A stretch of 64,000 nt of DNA from an uncultured Planctomycetota bacterium (GTDB lineage: Bacteria > Planctomycetota > Planctomycetia > Isosphaerales > Isosphaeraceae), in NCBI GenBank assembly GCA_963845755.1, contig CAWJTV010000020.1:722742-786741 (forward strand). The letters run 5' to 3'. The notes beneath the pieces were generated by a model. That model was not told where the DNA came from. It worked only from the letters and a program-made list of their open reading frames with translations, and did not search any database. Position numbers and translations under genes: made by a program. Below, one piece after another: positions 22,771 to 37,744 of the stretch (the first letter of the stretch is position 1; the number at the start of each line of letters is the position of its first letter).

Positions 22771-22897
22771 AGAAGTTGCAGGTTCGAATTCCTGCCGGCC
22801 CAATGGCTCAATCATGGGGCCGTAGCTCAATGGCAGAGCGCTGCTGAGTTTCAACGCTGATGCGACTTGTACGGGGCTGGACATCGATCGGGAACAA

Positions 22898-23043
22898 CCC
22901 GCACCCGACGGCATGAGCCTACAAACCTAACCGGGACCAGTCCTCGAAAGAGGGTGGGGGTTCGAGTCCCCCCGGGTTAAAATCCGTGGCGAAACTGGTA
23001 GACGCGCTGGTAGATGATCTTAAGCTCATGCGACTTGTGCGGG
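22898..23043 (+). ncRNA. YrlA/Y-RNA-like permuted tRNA mimic no.2 (class II, Leu-like)
   Basis: Closing stem CCCGCAC/GTGCGGG and GCATGAGC/GCTCATGC. Inside are ACCAG/CTGGT, variable arm CCTC-GAAA-GAGG, T arm GGGGG-TTCGAGT-CCCCC, a looped acceptor stem, and D arm GCG-AAACTGGTAGA-CGC. Confidence 0.78.
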
Positions 23044-23048
23044 CTGTC

Positions 23049-26948
<3,900 letters not shown>

Positions 26949-26993
26949 GCGGACCTCCCGCCGAACCGCCACGTCGTCTTCCGTTGACGGATC

Positions 26994-27055
26994 GTAGGGT
27001 GGGTGAAACCCACCAACTGACTGAGACTTACATCGGCGGGTTGCACCCACTCTAC
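26994..27055. repeat. GTAG-type REP doublet (REPIN-like)
   Basis: GTAGGGTGGGTGAAACCCACC ... GGCGGGTTGCACCCACTCTAC inverted pair. Confidence 0.7.
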
Positions 27056-27094
27056 AGCGGCGGTTTTTCGAACGGGCGACGCAATTCTCTTGTG

Positions 27095-27982
27095 ATGCAT
27101 CGGACATCTGTGGCGATCAAGAAACGCTTCCTCGAGACCCTGGATCGATTGGCGGCCGTCGAGGATCGCGCCCTCGCCTCAGAGTTCCTGGCACCGATGC
27201 TTCGTGGAAGGGTAGTCCAGGTACGGATTGCCGGAGTCGTCTGCCGGCTCAGGGTGAGCCCACCGAGTTTCGAAGGTTGGGGTGTCTTCCGGCCCACGTC
27301 TTCAAACACGGCGGAACTGGTCCGTCCGGCCCGGATGACCGAGCGACGCCAGTACCTTGAGCTCCTCCCCTTGCTTCGGATGATCGTCTGTCTCCGCGTG
27401 CAAGACCAATGGCTGGCGATCCCCTCGCACGGTGCCGACACGCATCTTCGGATCGAGGGGCTGTCCTCCATCCGCCTGGTCGAGGAGGCCCAGCTTTTCG
27501 AGGTCGTGCTCACCCGCTTCGACGGCGCACAATGCTGGTATGACGGTCCGGACCCGCGCCGAGATCCCGGGACGGCGGCCTACCTTCGCGAGGCGCTCGG
27601 CCGAATGGTCGAGCCCCAGCAATTGAGCCGGAACGGACTGACTGCGGAGGAACGAGCAGCGTACGTTGTGAGCTACGCACTGCGGCTCCAGGCGGGGATC
27701 GAAGCCCATCGCGACCGGGTCGAAGAACGACTCCGCATGGCGCTGGCCCACGCGGGCGCCAGGCTTCGCGACTACCAGGAACGGGGCGACGTTTACCGAA
27801 TCGCCTATGAGGTCGATGGCCGCCGCCACGTTTCGGTCATCGACCCCCAGGACTTATCTGTCCAGGTCGCCGGCATCTGTCTGAGCGGCCAGGACCGCCG
27901 CTTCGACCTCAGCAGCCTGGTCGGCGTGCTCCGCGAGGCAGAGGGGGGTTCCCAGATCGTCCGCGTCGGCCCCGATTATTGA
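27095..27982 (+). CDS. hypothetical protein with C-terminal E2-like AGICLSG motif
   Basis: ~295-aa ORF between the TROVE and ThiF genes on the same strand; start may instead be GTG 27110. Confidence 0.7.
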   Translation: MHRTSVAIKKRFLETLDRLAAVEDRALASEFLAPMLRGRVVQVRIAGVVCRLRVSPPSFEGWGVFRPTSSNTAELVRPARMTERRQYLELLPLLRMIVCLRVQDQWLAIPSHGADTHLRIEGLSSIRLVEEAQLFEVVLTRFDGAQCWYDGPDPRRDPGTAAYLREALGRMVEPQQLSRNGLTAEERAAYVVSYALRLQAGIEAHRDRVEERLRMALAHAGARLRDYQERGDVYRIAYEVDGRRHVSVIDPQDLSVQVAGICLSGQDRRFDLSSLVGVLREAEGGSQIVRVGPDY

Positions 27983-28115
27983 GCGTTTCAGGCAATAGGC
28001 AACCTCGCGCCGTGGCCAGGTCTTCCGACCTTGCCACCCGACCGGTCGAAAGACTCCCTCGGGTGATCTGACGGGTCAAGGCTTCCCTGCTACGCCCAGA
28101 AGAGAGGTGACAGCG

Positions 28116-28760
28116 ATGGCCGACAAGTTCCATCACGAGCGGATTTATCGCGGAGCCGACCTCCTGGGCAGGCTCGAGACGGTCCCGATCACGCTTTGCG
28201 GCGCGGGGGCTTTGGGATCCCTCCTGGCCGATAACCTGTCGCGCCAGGGATTCCGCCGGTGGACGGTCATCGATCGCGACCGCGTCGCGGAGCACAACGT
28301 CGGCACGCAGCTCTACGGTGAGGCAGAAGTCGGGGCGTGGAAGGTCGAGGCGCTACGGAATCGTCTCTTCCGGGCCGTGGGAGTCGAGATCGAGGCCATC
28401 GCCAAGGAATTCACGGAACGGAACTCCCGGAGCCTCTTAAATGGCACGGGCTTGGTCCTCGACACGTTCGACAACTCGGCCGCGCGCGGGCTGGTCCAGA
28501 AGCGTTGCCGGGAGCGAGCCGTGCCGTGCCTCCACGTCGGCCTGTTCGCCGACTATGCCGAGGCGATCTGGGATGAGACCTATCGCGTCCCCCGCGACGT
28601 GGCTCTCGACGTGTGCGATTATCCGCTGGCTCGCAACCTCGTTCTCCTGGCCGTCGCGGTGGCTTCGGAGGCGTTGATTCGGTTCGTCCTCGATGGCTTG
28701 AAGGGCGGCTGGTCGGTTACGCTCCGCGACCTCGCCATCCGACCTCTAGAGCCCAGATGA
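28116..28760 (+). CDS. ThiF/E1-like adenylyltransferase
   Basis: [23 protein letters not shown] and DTFDN motifs; no CxxC pairs; candidate catalytic Cys in DVCDYP. Confidence 0.92.
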   Translation: MADKFHHERIYRGADLLGRLETVPITLCGAGALGSLLADNLSRQGFRRWTVIDRDRVAEHNVGTQLYGEAEVGAWKVEALRNRLFRAVGVEIEAIAKEFTERNSRSLLNGTGLVLDTFDNSAARGLVQKRCRERAVPCLHVGLFADYAEAIWDETYRVPRDVALDVCDYPLARNLVLLAVAVASEALIRFVLDGLKGGWSVTLRDLAIRPLEPR

Positions 28761-28774
28761 TCAGAGAATTGGGG

Positions 28775-31700
28775 TCACGGCCGGGCGAACCAGGTTTGCT
28801 CCGGCACTTCCAGTGGGATATAGCAGAACGCGTCTTGCTGACGTCCGCTGAGGTTCTCCACCGTGTCGCGAAGCGACGTCTTGAACTGGTCGAGCGTGTA
28901 GGCATCGGCCCGATTGCCGTTCGGATTTGCCCCCTGGAATACGCGCAGGACGCCCAGCGCGAACAGCCCGTGCCCATTCGGGACGTCGACGTCGCTCGGC
29001 CCTTCTTTCGAGGCCACGAATGTGATCACGCGGCGCTTCAGGTAGAGCTCGCGCACCAGGGGCTTGATCTCGCTGACCACGGACTCGTCCACTTTGTGGA
29101 CGCCGTCCAGGAAGACGATGACTCGGCAGCCGTAGTCGGTCAATTGACCCAGGAGGTCGCAGAGGTCTTGCGCCGGGATGACCGACCTGGAGGGCTGACC
29201 GAGCTGGCTGTCGGACGCGGCGATGATCGTCGAATCCTGTTGCACCAGGACGTGAGCGGCGATCGCGATGGCCACGACATCCCCCTTGTTGACCCGCTTC
29301 TTCTTGAGCAGATCGTCCAGGCGGTCGAGCGCGGCGATGATCGAGGTTGACGAGGCTTCTGCATGAGTCAAGACCTGCCGCGTCTCAACCTTCATCCGGG
29401 CGGCATCGGTCGAGACCAGGTGGTCGCCGAGGAACTGGGCGACCTCGCTCGCGTCCTTGTCGGCGAATGGCACAGGGGGCAAGTGCTGGTCGGCGAGCTT
29501 GTCGGTGCCAATGCTGAGAACATGGAGCTGTGGTGTCGTCGCGATCGGCTGGGGCGGTTGAACGTAGACCATGTCGAGAGTCTCGGTCCGTCGGGTGCCG
29601 CTGACGCTCATGGCATCAACCGCCAGGCGCACTTGTCGATTCGGGACCAGGTCGATTTCGACGTCCTCGGAGAGACTGGCCACGGGCTGGGCGATCGGAG
29701 CCTGGGCCCGTAGCCGCTCGTCGACGATAATGCGGCGCTCGCGGATCTCCGCCTTCCCCTCATCAGTGGCGATCTTGACCGAAAGCCTGGGCCTGGCAAC
29801 GTTGACTCTCCACACCACGCCCGGCGCGGGAATCCGGGCATCTCCGCCGATCGAGGCGAAGACAATCCGAGGGGGCTTGCTGGCGACCGCCACGGCCTCG
29901 GGCGGCGCCGTGTTGGCCGGCAGCGGTGCCAGAGCCTGCCCCATGTCCCCGATGCGCCAGAGCCGCTCCAGGACATCGGGGCGGTTCATCATCCGGGCAT
30001 AGGTGATGATGGGGACGAAGTCGGCCGACCGGGACGAGAGGTAAGGCGGGTTCGTATGCCACCCCAGCAGCCGTGTGTCCCCGGCGATCGAGGTCTCGTA
30101 ATAACCGCCGGGCGTCCAGACCACCCACTCCTTTTCCGCGTCGAGGAGCAGGGTCAAGGCCGGGTTATCTTGCTTGGTCGTCGGCAGGAGGGTCTCCAGC
30201 GGGATCGGACCGAGCGCGGGAATGGAAACCATACGCCGGACTTTGATACCGATCGTGTAAGTCAAGGGCTCCAATCCGTCGACAAGTTTGACGAATTCCG
30301 CGATCTCGGCGGGCTTGGCGTAGTATTTCCGGGTCTCCCGGCCTGTGCCCGTGCCGGCCTCGAGGACGGTATCACCGGCATTCAAGCCCATCGCGGCGGC
30401 AAAGCTCCGGGGCTGCACCGATTCCACCGTCCAGACCCCACCGGCCCGCTGGCGAAAGGCGGCGCCTAGCGCGGGCCGGGTGTCGCATCCGGCCAGCGGA
30501 TAGAGCATCACGGTCTGATCTTGCGAGCTGCTGGCCAGCCATCGGCCGTCGGGCGAGGCGACCAGGGCGACGATCGGGGCACTGTGGCCGGCGAAGGTGC
30601 GGGTCCGCCGGCCCGTATCGAGGTCGAAGACCGCGATGCTCGACTCGGTGCCGATCGCCACCGTCGCGCGGGGCTGCGCCGGGCCCGGCGGCACAAAAGT
30701 CGATGACCACCACCATCGTTCAGTGGTCGGATTGATGGCGAGCAAGAAGCGGCGGCCGTCGGCGTTGATGGCCTCCAGGCCGAAGGGATTGAGACTCGGC
30801 CTGAGCGTCCAGCCTGCATACGCCGAGATCGCGCGGACCAGCCCCTCGCGAGGCACAGTCCGCGTCCGGCGACGCATCAGGTCAAACCCCTCGTAAGTCC
30901 CCGGAGCGTTGGCCGCTCCGAACGGTTGCCGAGTGAAGGCGACGGCCTGGCTGTCCCGCGTGAAACCGAGATCAAACGGGGTGGTTCCCTTTCCTTTGAG
31001 CTCGCGCGGTGGTGCCTGCATCGCCGCGACGTCCTGGATAAAGAGGCTCTGTGCCGGTCCGCCCGCATAGGCCAGGCGGTTCCCATCAGGGCTGAACGCC
31101 ATGGCCCGGACGAGTCCATGGACCCGCCGTGGGGGCTGCGGCACGAGGTTCCCATCGGGCATCGAGCGGAGCTCGATGTCGCAGGCGATCGTCATGGGAT
31201 CGGGCACCTGGGCCGCGTCGCTCTTGATGCTGACCGCCAGGAGCCGGCCGTTGGGGTGGTACGCGACGACTTCGACCGGCTTCTGGTCGGCGGCACGGAT
31301 CCTGGCCAGATTCCCTCCCGCCAGGTTCGCGGTGTCCAGGCCGATCACGGCCCCGCGCTCATTGCCGATGACAATGGACCGGCCGTCGGGACTGTACGCC
31401 ACGGTATTGGTCTGGACGCGCGTCTCCAGCAGGGACGCGGGTTGACCCTGGGCGACGTCCCAGAGTACCACTAGCCCCTCCGCACCCACCGTGGCGAGCC
31501 GAGTTCCATCCGGGCTGAAAGCCAGCGCACGAATGGGACCCGTGTGGCGTCGCAAGACCCGGATGGGCGCGAAGTCCCTGGCAACGTCCCAGAGGATCAC
31601 GGTTTGATCGTTGCTCGCGGAGGCAAGGATCGTACCGGCGGGGTTGAACACCAGACCCGTGACGCTGCTGCCATGAGCGATCGTCTGGAGATTGTTCCCA

Positions 31701-32165
31701 GGCGGCCGGACCAGCCGTTTGACGACCTCGCCCGATGGGTTTCGCTCGAGGCCCGGAACGCGAAAAACGGTGAAATCCCCGCGAGAGACTTCGACCCCGT
31801 TTCCCCCAACGGCGAGCAGGGACTGCCCCTGAGCATCGGGCCTTGGCGAGATGGCCATGGCGTAGATCGCCCCGCGCGGGCCGCGCCAAATTATCGGCCG
31901 TATCGTCTGGTTCAGGCGCCCGCCGGCCTGGAAATCCCAGACCTTCACGACCTTGTCTTCGCCGCCGGAGAACAGGATGAACGGGTCTTGCCAGACCAGG
32001 CTGCGCACCGGCGGCATGATGGCCTCCGGTTTCGACGACCAGGATCGGCGTCTTGTCGAAATTCCGCACGTCCTCCTGGGCCCGGGCCATCGTCGCCATG
32101 CCCAGTGCCGCGATTCCCAACACGATCGCCGCGGCGGCAGTCCGCAAGTCATCACCTCGAAGCAT
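28775..32165 (-). CDS. secreted WD40-repeat, PDZ-like and caspase-like (C14) protein
   Basis: Signal peptide (indel near 32020), many GH...WD repeats, SFAAAMGLNAGD PDZ-like segment, LHVLSIGTD...HGLFA caspase-like C-terminus. Confidence 0.8.
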
Positions 32166-32228
32166 TGTCTGGTCTCGTTTCCTCTGGGATGGGCCGAACT
32201 GAGGATTGGGGAACCGTCGAGCGAATCG

Positions 32229-34942
32229 TCACTCGAGCGAATACTGGAAATTCCCCGCGTCGTCAACGGTCACGTGGACCGCGCGGAGCGATTCGCCCCG
32301 GGACATCCGACTGAGGACTTCCTGGGAGATCTCGGGGAGCAGCGTGTGAGTCAGGATGTGATCGACGTTCCGGGCGCCGCTTTCCACCTCGCGGCAGCGG
32401 CCGGCGATGCTCTCGACCAGCTCGTCGCCATAACGGAACGCCGCCTTGTGATTCTGGTGCATTCGCTGGCCGATCCGATCGAGCTGGAGGCGGATGATCC
32501 GGCGCATCGCCTCGTCGGAGATCGGATAGTAAGCGACCGTGATCAGTCGCCCGAGGAATGCCTGTTTGAAGATCGCAACGCCCCGCTCGGAGCGGGCGGC
32601 GAGCAAGTCGGGGCGGATCGCCTCGGTCAGGCCCTGCGGCGAGGGGGTCGTCTCGGGGTCCTTGCAGAGTTCGAGGATCCGTTCAGTGCCGACGTTCGAG
32701 GTCAACAGGATCACCGTGTTCTTGAAGTCGATCTCGCGACCCTCGCCATCCTCCAGGGTCCCCTTGTCGAAGACCTGGAAGAACAGCTCGAGGACGTCGG
32801 GGTGGGCCTTCTCAACCTCGTCGAGCAGGACGACGCTGTGCGGCCTCCGTCGGACGGCTTCGGTCAGCACGCCCCCCTCGCCATAGCCCACGTAGCCGGG
32901 CGGCGAGCCTTTCAATCCCGAGACCGTGTGCGCCTCCTGGTACTCCGACATGTTGATCGTGATCAGATTGCGCTCGCCGCCGTAGAGCGTATCGGCCAGC
33001 GCCAGTGCGGTCTCGGTCTTGCCGACGCCGCTGGGTCCCACCAGGAGGAAAACGCCCACCGGCCGGCGGGGGTCGGTCAGGTTGGCCCGCGACGTCCGGA
33101 TCCTTTGGGCGATGGTCTCCAGGGCGTGAGATTGGCCAATGACGCGCTCCTCCAACTTGGAGCGGAGCCGCAATACCGTCTGGATCTCGTCCGCGAGCAT
33201 CTTGCCGACGGGGATGCCCGTCCAGCCGGCGACGACCTCGGCGATGGTCTGCGCGTTGACCGAGACGGGCATGAGCGGCGATTCGCCCTGAAGTGCGCGC
33301 AGGTCGCGAATCTTGGCCTGAAGATCGACTTGCGAGGCGACTAGCTCCGCGGAAGGCTGATAGGGCTGGATCTCGCCGTCGTCCGTGGCCGCGGGCTGTT
33401 CGCCTTTCTCCTCGTGGTAACGCGCCTCGATGGATTTTCCCAGTTCGCGAATCTCTGCGACACGCTTCCGCTCGTCCTCCCACCGCGACTCGAGGGCGGT
33501 TAGCCGGCTTCCGGCGTCTCCGAGCTCATGCCGGACCTCGGCCATCCTCTCGTCATGCCGAGCCCCGGTCGCACCTTCGCGGTCGAGGATGCCGATCTCG
33601 ATCTGGAGATGATCGATCTGACGACGGCAGTCCTCGACGGCTGGGGGAACCGCATTCTGGCTGATGGCGACCCGCGCAAGCAGTATCGAGCAGGCTGACG
33701 GCCTTATCCGGAAGTTGACGGGCGGGGATATACCGGTTCGAGAGCTTGACGGCGCTGTCGATCGCCTCGTCCAGGATTCGCACGCCATGGTGCGCCTCGA
33801 GCATCGCTGTGAGCCCGCGCATCATCCGGATCGCGTGCTCCTCGTCCGGTTCCTCGACCTTGACCACCTGGAACCGGCGGGCCAGTGCGGCGTCTTTCTC
33901 GAAATACTTCTTGTACTCGGCCCAGGTCGTGGCCGCGATGGTGCGGAGCTCGCCACGCGCCAGGGCCGGCTTGAGCAAGTTGGCGGCATCGCTCTGGCCG
34001 GCCTGACCGCCGGCGCCGATCATCGTGTGGGCCTCGTCGATGAACAGTACGATCGGGACCGACGAAGACTTGACCTCCGTGATGACCTGCTTGAGCCGGT
34101 TCTCGAACTCCCCCTTGATGCCCGCGCCGGCCTGGAGCAGCCCCAGGTCCAGGGTGCGGAGCACGACCTTTTCGAGCGCCGGGGGAACATCCCCCTGGGC
34201 GATCCGCAGGGCCAGTCCCTCGACGACGGCCGTCTTGCCGACGCCGGCCTCGCCGGTGAGTATGGGATTGTTCTGGCGGCGGCGGATCAGGATGTCGACC
34301 ATCTGGCGAACTTCGGCCTCGCGGCCGATCACCGGGTCGAGCTCCCCCTTCCGTGCCCGCTCGGTCAGGTTGATCGTGTACTGGTCCAGGGCCGGCGTCC
34401 GGCTCAAGACGGCGGGCCTCGTCCCTGCCGAGTCGCCCGGGGTCGATTCGGAAGCCGGTCCCTCGTCTTCACTCGACCCGGCCGCCAGCTTCAGGAGACT
34501 GGACTGGAGCTGTTCGCCCTTGACCTTGCTCAGCTCCCGCGAGGCGCCGTGCGCGCAGCCGCGCCAGCTCCTCGTCGTCCAGCAGCGCCAGCAGGAGCAC
34601 GCCCGAGCGAATCTTCGACTCCTGGAACTGGATCGACGACAAGACCCAGGCATGACGGATCAACTGATCGATCCGCAGCGAGAGCGCCGGCATCCGCTGA
34701 TGGCCCGTGCGGAGCTGGTCGAGACTCCGGGTCAAGTCCGCGAGCAGTCGCGCGGGATCGACCTCGAATTGCCGGAAGATCCGCGTCAGATCGGTATCCG
34801 GCCGATCGATCAGCTTGACCAGCCAGTGCTCGATCTCGACGCTGGGATTTCCCCGGGACAGACAGAGCCCAACGGCTTCCTCGAGCGCCTTGAGGCAAGT
34901 CGAGTTGAGCGTCTTGGTCAAAGCTCCCGAGTCAATACCCAT
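32229..34942 (-). CDS. tssH: type VI secretion ATPase TssH/ClpV (indels)
   Basis: ClpV N-terminus ([19 protein letters not shown]); [18 protein letters not shown]; second AAA domain [19 protein letters not shown]. Confidence 0.9.
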
Positions 34943-35197
34943 GGCGATACCCCCTCTTCGAGACAACCCTTCTCAGCTCGTTCGCCAACCGTTCAACTGG
35001 ATCGTAGAGTGAAAGCGGTCCAGAGGCAATGACACGATGGGAACGAGTCCAGCCCACTCTCGCAGAACAGAGGGACCTTCCCAGTCCAAGCGTCCAATCG
35101 CGTCGGGGTGGCCTGGCGAGTGCCGGTCCGGTATGTTTGGAGTCAGAGCGGCGAGTGGCCTGGTGAGTCCGAATCCTGCGCACGAGAGGAGTCTACG

Positions 35198-36190
35198 ATG
35201 TCAGGACTTTCTGCGGTTTTGCTGAGTCTCGCACTCCTTTTGGGGTGGGAGACGGCTGACGGACCGTTGGCGACCGCCGACGAATTCCAGGGCTGGTTCG
35301 AGGACGCGTCTCAGGGTGCGCTTCACATCCCTAAGCCAATCGCGCGACGAGCGCAGAGCTTCCATTATGTGTTCGTCGGCGGCTTCCGGGTCGGGCGGAT
35401 GCCCGGCTACTTCTTACAGAACGCCCACGAACTCCGGGCACAGGGCGTGCCTCGACGGTCGATCCACTTCCTGTACCCCAGCTCCGATCGGACGGTCGAG
35501 GAGAATTGTGGCGCAGTCCGGAAGGAGCTCCTCCGGATCGCTGCGAAGGACTCCAAGCCGCTAGTGGTCATCGCCCACAGCCGAGGTGCCTGCGACGCGC
35601 TGGCCTTCGCCCTGAACGAGCCGGAATTCGTCCGCGACCGTGTCGAGGCCCTCTTCCTGGTCCAGGGGGCTTTTGGCGGAACGGCCCTGGCCGACTATGT
35701 CCTGGGGGAAGGGGAACCGATGGATGGTCAGATGCCGCGGGGCCATCGTTGGCTCGCTCGAGCGATCGGCGCCCTGGAGGGACTCCTGTTGAGGCGCGGC
35801 GGTCAAGACGGATTGATCGGGTTGACCCGGGATGTGTCGCGGGCTTACTGGAGCGATCTTCTGAAGACGCACGCCGAGGCGGTCCCGCTCGTCGGCCCGA
35901 AGGTCTACTTCATCGAATCTTGTGCCCGTCCGAAGGACCTGGCCCTCTTCCAGCGGGCGATGGCCTGGTACCTGGGTGCGTACTACGGTCCGAACGATGG
36001 TGTCGTGTCCGTAGAGGATCAGACGGTCCCCGGTCTCGGTTCGAGCCTTGGAGTCCTGCATGCCGGTCACGCCGATCTGACCCGCCGGTCTCCCGCAAGC
36101 CGCTCGAATCGGCGCCTCCGCCGTGCGCTCATACAGGGCATCGTCATGGTGGTAGGCCGAGCCGACCCGTCCGCCCTCGCGGCAAAGTAG
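35198..36190 (+). CDS. secreted alpha/beta hydrolase (lipase-like)
   Basis: AHSRG nucleophile elbow, NDGVV, GHADL; signal peptide. Confidence 0.75.
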   Translation: MSGLSAVLLSLALLLGWETADGPLATADEFQGWFEDASQGALHIPKPIARRAQSFHYVFVGGFRVGRMPGYFLQNAHELRAQGVPRRSIHFLYPSSDRTVEENCGAVRKELLRIAAKDSKPLVVIAHSRGACDALAFALNEPEFVRDRVEALFLVQGAFGGTALADYVLGEGEPMDGQMPRGHRWLARAIGALEGLLLRRGGQDGLIGLTRDVSRAYWSDLLKTHAEAVPLVGPKVYFIESCARPKDLALFQRAMAWYLGAYYGPNDGVVSVEDQTVPGLGSSLGVLHAGHADLTRRSPASRSNRRLRRALIQGIVMVVGRADPSALAAK

Positions 36191-36384
36191 TCGCCGGCTG
36201 GATGGTGGACGACGTGTCATCATGTCACCGAGAGCGTTGGAACCTGGAGTTGGATCGCCTGCAAGCAAATGTTAAACTTTGGTGGGAGAACGGAGCTGTC
36301 TGCGGGCCCGTTCCACCCGACCGAGCGAACCCGATGAGGAACGATCGGATGAATTGGCTGGAACGGAACAGCAGAGGAAGGCGA

Positions 36385-37722
36385 ATGACGTCGCGCCGTG
36401 AATTTCTCCAGGTGGGCTACTCGGGGCTACTGGGTCTAGGATTGCCGGGTTTGCTGGCGGCTCGAAGCTCATCGGCATCGACGACGGATCGGGCACGTTC
36501 GGTGATCGTGATCCTGCTCAGCGGCGGCCTGGGTCAACACGACTCGTTCGACATGAAGCCCGAAGCACCCGAGAAGGTGCGGGGCGAGTTCAAGTCGATC
36601 GCAACCGCGGTACCGGGAATTCGGATCTGCGAGCACTTGCCTGGTCTGGCGGCGCGGGCCGGACGACTGGCGATCGTGCGCTCGATGGCTCATCCGGAGG
36701 GGAATCACCTGCTGGCGGTGCACCGCGTGTTGACCGGTCACCCGTCCAATCCGCGCGGGGCGAGCGATCTCGACCGGGTGGCCTCGCGCGACGACTTCCC
36801 TTGCTATGCGGCCGTGCTGGATAGTGTGCACCGCAGGAACGACGGCATTCCGAATGGCGTCGCGCTCCCGACCCGACTGATCGAGGGACCGCTAACCTGG
36901 CCAGGCCAGGACGCCGGCTTCCTCGGCACACGACACGATCCTTGGCAGCTCCGCCTCGATCCGAACCGCCCCGATTTCCGCGACGACAGCCTCGCCCTGG
37001 CTGACGGCCTGAACCCTGATCGGTTGCATCGCCGCCGCCATTTGCTTGGCCAGTCCGCCGTTCCGCCACCCGGCGATGCGTTCCTGGATCAGCAGGATGC
37101 CGCGCTCGCGCTGCTTTCCAGCGGACGAGTGGGGCGGGCCCTCGATCTCCAACATGAGGATCCGCGACTGATCGATCGTTACGGACATCACTTCTTCGGC
37201 CGCTCGCTGCTCCTCGCGCGACGCCTCGTCGAGGCAGGCGTGCCGATCGTGCAGGCGACGATGGGGATCGTCCAGACCTGGGACACGCACGTCTCCAACT
37301 TCCCTCGACTCCGCGAGAGCCTGTTGCCTCCGCTGGATCAAGCCGTCTCGGCACTGCTCGACGATCTGGCGATCCGCGGCTTGCTCGACGAGACACTGAT
37401 CGTGATGCTGGGTGAATTCGGGCGGACGCCCCGGATATCCGAGTTGACCCCCGGCGCCGTTCCGGGACGCGATCATTGGCCGTTCGTCTTCCCGGCGGTC
37501 TTCGCGGGTGCGGGCGTGGTCGGCGGCCAGGTCATCGGCAAGTCCGATCGGCTGGGCGCCTATCCGATCAGCCGTTCCTTCGGCCCCCCCGACCTGGCCG
37601 CGACCATCTACCGCGCCCTCGGCGTCGACCCGGCGACCGAGCTGCGCGACCGGCTCGGACGCCCCTTGACGCTCTGCTCGGGCGAGGTGATCGCGCCGCT
37701 CTACACGACAGCGGCGATTTAA
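36385..37722 (+). CDS. DUF1501 domain protein
   Basis: SRREFL Tat-like start; SFDMKP, WDTH, GEFGRTP and GRDHW motifs. Confidence 0.92.
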   Translation: MTSRREFLQVGYSGLLGLGLPGLLAARSSSASTTDRARSVIVILLSGGLGQHDSFDMKPEAPEKVRGEFKSIATAVPGIRICEHLPGLAARAGRLAIVRSMAHPEGNHLLAVHRVLTGHPSNPRGASDLDRVASRDDFPCYAAVLDSVHRRNDGIPNGVALPTRLIEGPLTWPGQDAGFLGTRHDPWQLRLDPNRPDFRDDSLALADGLNPDRLHRRRHLLGQSAVPPPGDAFLDQQDAALALLSSGRVGRALDLQHEDPRLIDRYGHHFFGRSLLLARRLVEAGVPIVQATMGIVQTWDTHVSNFPRLRESLLPPLDQAVSALLDDLAIRGLLDETLIVMLGEFGRTPRISELTPGAVPGRDHWPFVFPAVFAGAGVVGGQVIGKSDRLGAYPISRSFGPPDLAATIYRALGVDPATELRDRLGRPLTLCSGEVIAPLYTTAAI

Positions 37723-37744
37723 TCCGGACGCGGTCGAACCGTCT

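Larger units (their letters stand above)
21446..22875 (+). ncRNA. YrlA/Y-RNA-like permuted tRNA mimic no.1 (interrupted by IS)
   Basis: After removing 21499-22778: closing stem CCCGTAC/GTACGGG and GCA-CG-AGCGT/ACGCT-GA-TGC. Inside are T arm GCAGGTTCGAATTCCTGC, acceptor stem CGGCCCA..TGGGGCCG closed by a loop, and D arm GCTCAATGGCAGAGC. Confidence 0.75.

Noticed and set aside
22816..22975. Intron-containing or split tRNA made from the D arm of RNA 1 and the T arm of RNA 2
   Set aside because: The acceptor and anticodon strands do not pair across the two units; each pairs only within its own permuted unit.
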